DNA of 64,000 bases, from assembly GCA_043228905.1 (NCBI GenBank), contig JBHGNT010000018.1, positions 186,001 to 250,000 on the forward strand, read 5' to 3'. Below, piece by piece: positions 61,583 through 64,000 of the stretch. Position numbers and translations under genes: made by a program. The notes under the pieces were generated by a model, which saw nothing but the letters and a program-made list of their open reading frames with translations, made no database searches and was not told where the DNA came from. Positions within the stretch are counted from its first letter, which is position 1, and each line of letters begins with the position of its first letter. The stretch is from Azolla caroliniana. Taxonomy: Eukaryota; Plantae; Polypodiophyta.

Positions 61583-63742
61583 ACGCCGTTATGATGAAGG
61601 TACCGACAATACAGGAGCGATAAACGTTTTCTAAAGCCGTGAAGAACCCCAGATGGGTTGAGGCGATGAATGAGGAAATGCAAGCACTCTCCAAAACAAG
61701 ACATGGGATCTTGTCCCCCACTCACCGCACAAGAAGGCGATCGGCTGTAGATGGATCTACAAGGTGAAGTATAACGTCGACAACTTCGTAAACCACTACA
61801 AAGCTTGACTAGTAGCAAAAGGATACGCACAGATGCATGGGGTCGATCACGAAGAGACATTTGCCCCGGTGGCAAAGATGACGACTGTGCGGACCATGAT
61901 CACACTCGCAAGGAAGAAAGGGTGGCACTTCCACCAAATGGACATCAAGAATGCCTTTCTTCAAGGCGAATTAGAAGAGGAGGTGTACATGGTACAACCA
62001 CCCGACTTCAAATCCAGCATTCATCCAAAAGTCGTATGCCAACTCAAGAAGCCTCTCTACGACCTCAACCAAGCAGCTCGTGCTTAGCATTCGAAGATTA
62101 CGCAATATCTTCATCAAATCGGCTTTCGAAAGTCGAAATCTGACAACTCCCTCTACGTACGAAACGACTCTAGAAGCTCGATTGTCATCATCCTATATGT
62201 GGATGATTTGGTCATTGGAGGAGAAATTTTAGTAGACATCAACAAGGTGAAATCCCTCCTCTCCAACAAATTCGAGATGACGGACATGAAGGAACTTCAT
62301 TACTTTCTAGGCATCGAAGTGATTCGGATTCCGACCGGCATTATGATCTCTCAATGTCACTACATTCTCAAATTATTATACAAGTTCGGAATGACAGAGT
62401 GCAAATCTATGGCAACCCCTCTCGATTGAAACCTCAAACTAGATGCCGACTCCGGCATAGACGAGTGTGAGCCGACTCAATATTGACAACTGATCGGGAG
62501 CCTCATGTATCTCACGATCACTCGACCCAACCTCAATTATCTAGTCGGCCTCATTAGCCAATTCATGCAAACTCCGCGAGCTATCCATTTCAATTGCGCT
62601 AAGCGAGTATTACGATACGTGAGCGGCACAATGGATTACGACATCCTCTACGCATCGGCCACACCAATTCGACTCAAAGGGTACTCGGATGCCAATTAGG
62701 CCGGCTACAGAGCTGATAAACGATCAACCTATGGATTTGTCTTCTCGCTCACTAGCAGAGCAATATCTTGGAGTAGTAAGAAGCAGCCTACCGGCGCACT
62801 TTCGAGTATGGAGGCCGAATACAGGGGCGTAACCGTAGTTGCATGTGAAGCTGTATGGCTCAGGAGGATTTTGAAGGATCTGGGTGTTCCCATCAAGGAT
62901 CCGACTCCCATTTATTGCGACAACATGAGCAATATATATCTGGCTTGGAAGACGATGTTCCACGCACGCACAAAACATATCAAAGTGCACTACCACTTCA
63001 TTCAAGAGCGTGTTCAGGCCGGAGATGTCGATCTTCTACACATCAACACGAATCTTCAGACAACCGACATCTTCACCAATGCCCTAGGAGCCAACAAGCT
63101 TCGGCAATTCATGTCAAACCTTGGATTGACGATCCCTAACTTTCCAAGCTTGAGGGGGAGTACAAGCGAGAACCGGATACCGTCTAAACCAGGTATGAGC
63201 TGAAACGGACACCGAAGATCGTCTGAACCGGATACCAGCCGAAGCAGACATCAATTGAAAGGAACCGACCCGAGTTGAGCTTGAGGGGGCATGTTGAGAA
63301 TCAAGCTCAACATAGTGCAACGTGTGAACACACCTTTTGAGAATCTATGATTACTCAAAGGTCAAGAGTCACACCACTACTCTCTGCACATTAACTGTGT
63401 CATAGAATCGTATTCTATGACACATAACTAATGAGTTACATATTCCCCATGACTATGAGTCTTCACATTCCCCAAGAGAGAGTGGTTGTTATAGTTAGTT
63501 AATGAAGAGAGAGGGTGACTATATATAAAGCACCCTCCTCATACTTCCTACTAAGTCGGTTGTGACTCCTTGTAATGCTACATTTTGTATTTGTTATTTT
63601 ACTTGTGAATATACATCTTCTTCTTCTTGAGTATTTCATTTCTCTAGCTTATCTATCTTGTGTTTCTCTTCTCTTCTCTCTTTTCTCTCACACATAACAC
63701 ACATCTCTTCCGCTACACAAGAGTCATATCTGATTCTTTACA

Positions 63743-63982
63743 AAAGCAATAGAAGTTGCAAAATCTGGTGGAGTGTATCGAGTCATTCTCACACATTTCA
63801 GTCAACCTTACCCAAAAATTCCTATTTTGAATGACAACTATACAAGCCATGCTTATATTGCATTCGATATGATGAATGTAAACCTGGTGGATTTGCCGTT
63901 AGTACCAAGGTTACTACATGCCTTCAAAACACTTTTCAAAGTTGAAATGTTATTGGATGATGATGTAGAAATGGTAGCTTGA
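63743..63982 (+). pseudogene. tRNase Z C-terminal fragment, 3' part
   Basis: Continues in frame across the Copia TSD: AIEVAKSGGVYRVILTHFSQPYPKIP...IAFDMMNVNLVDLP, ending at TGA 63980-63982. Confidence 0.88.
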
Positions 63983-64000
63983 AATAAAAGCAACCTGGGG

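Larger units (their letters stand above)
48712..63742 (+). mobile_element. Ty1/Copia LTR retrotransposon, decayed, internally deleted and carrying nested insertions
   Basis: LTRs 48712-49145 and 63292-63742 (similar but diverged). TSD GAAGC/AAAGC, tRNA-iMet PBS TGGTATCAGAGC at 49146-49157, gag remnants at 49306-49712 and 55416-55474. RT/RNase H at 61583-63203 (ETFAPVAKM, QMDIKNAFLQG, YVDDLVI, EAEYRG, HARTKHI) with stops. PPT GAGGGGGC. Confidence 0.92.

Overview
Eukaryotic land-plant nuclear DNA. A fern or other non-seed vascular plant is my inference, from decayed PLS-type PPR sequence and a Tcn1-like chromovirus. The first ~45 kb is gene-rich, with seven spliced genes that I assembled by hand into open frames: a WAK-like receptor kinase (+), a TPR/kinesin-light-chain-like protein (-), a rolling-stone-like membrane protein (-), a degenerate DEAD-box-like protein (-), a mitochondrial-type Obg GTPase (-), a CAD1-like MACPF protein (+) and an At1g16080-like plastid protein (-). 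The Obg/MACPF divergent intergenic region holds a repeat made of two convergent tRNA-like (Pol III A/B-box) modules. The last ~18 kb is a PPR and tRNase Z pseudogene split by a Ty1/Copia element, which itself hosts a very young Ty3/Gypsy chromovirus and several tRNA-Trp-primed gag-only LTR elements. The chromovirus LTR combines an antisense tRNA-like module, a heat-shock-element array and a Tf1-type self-priming site, and its gag/pol junction has a -1 frameshift stem/pseudoknot. All homology calls come from motif recognition, not database searches.
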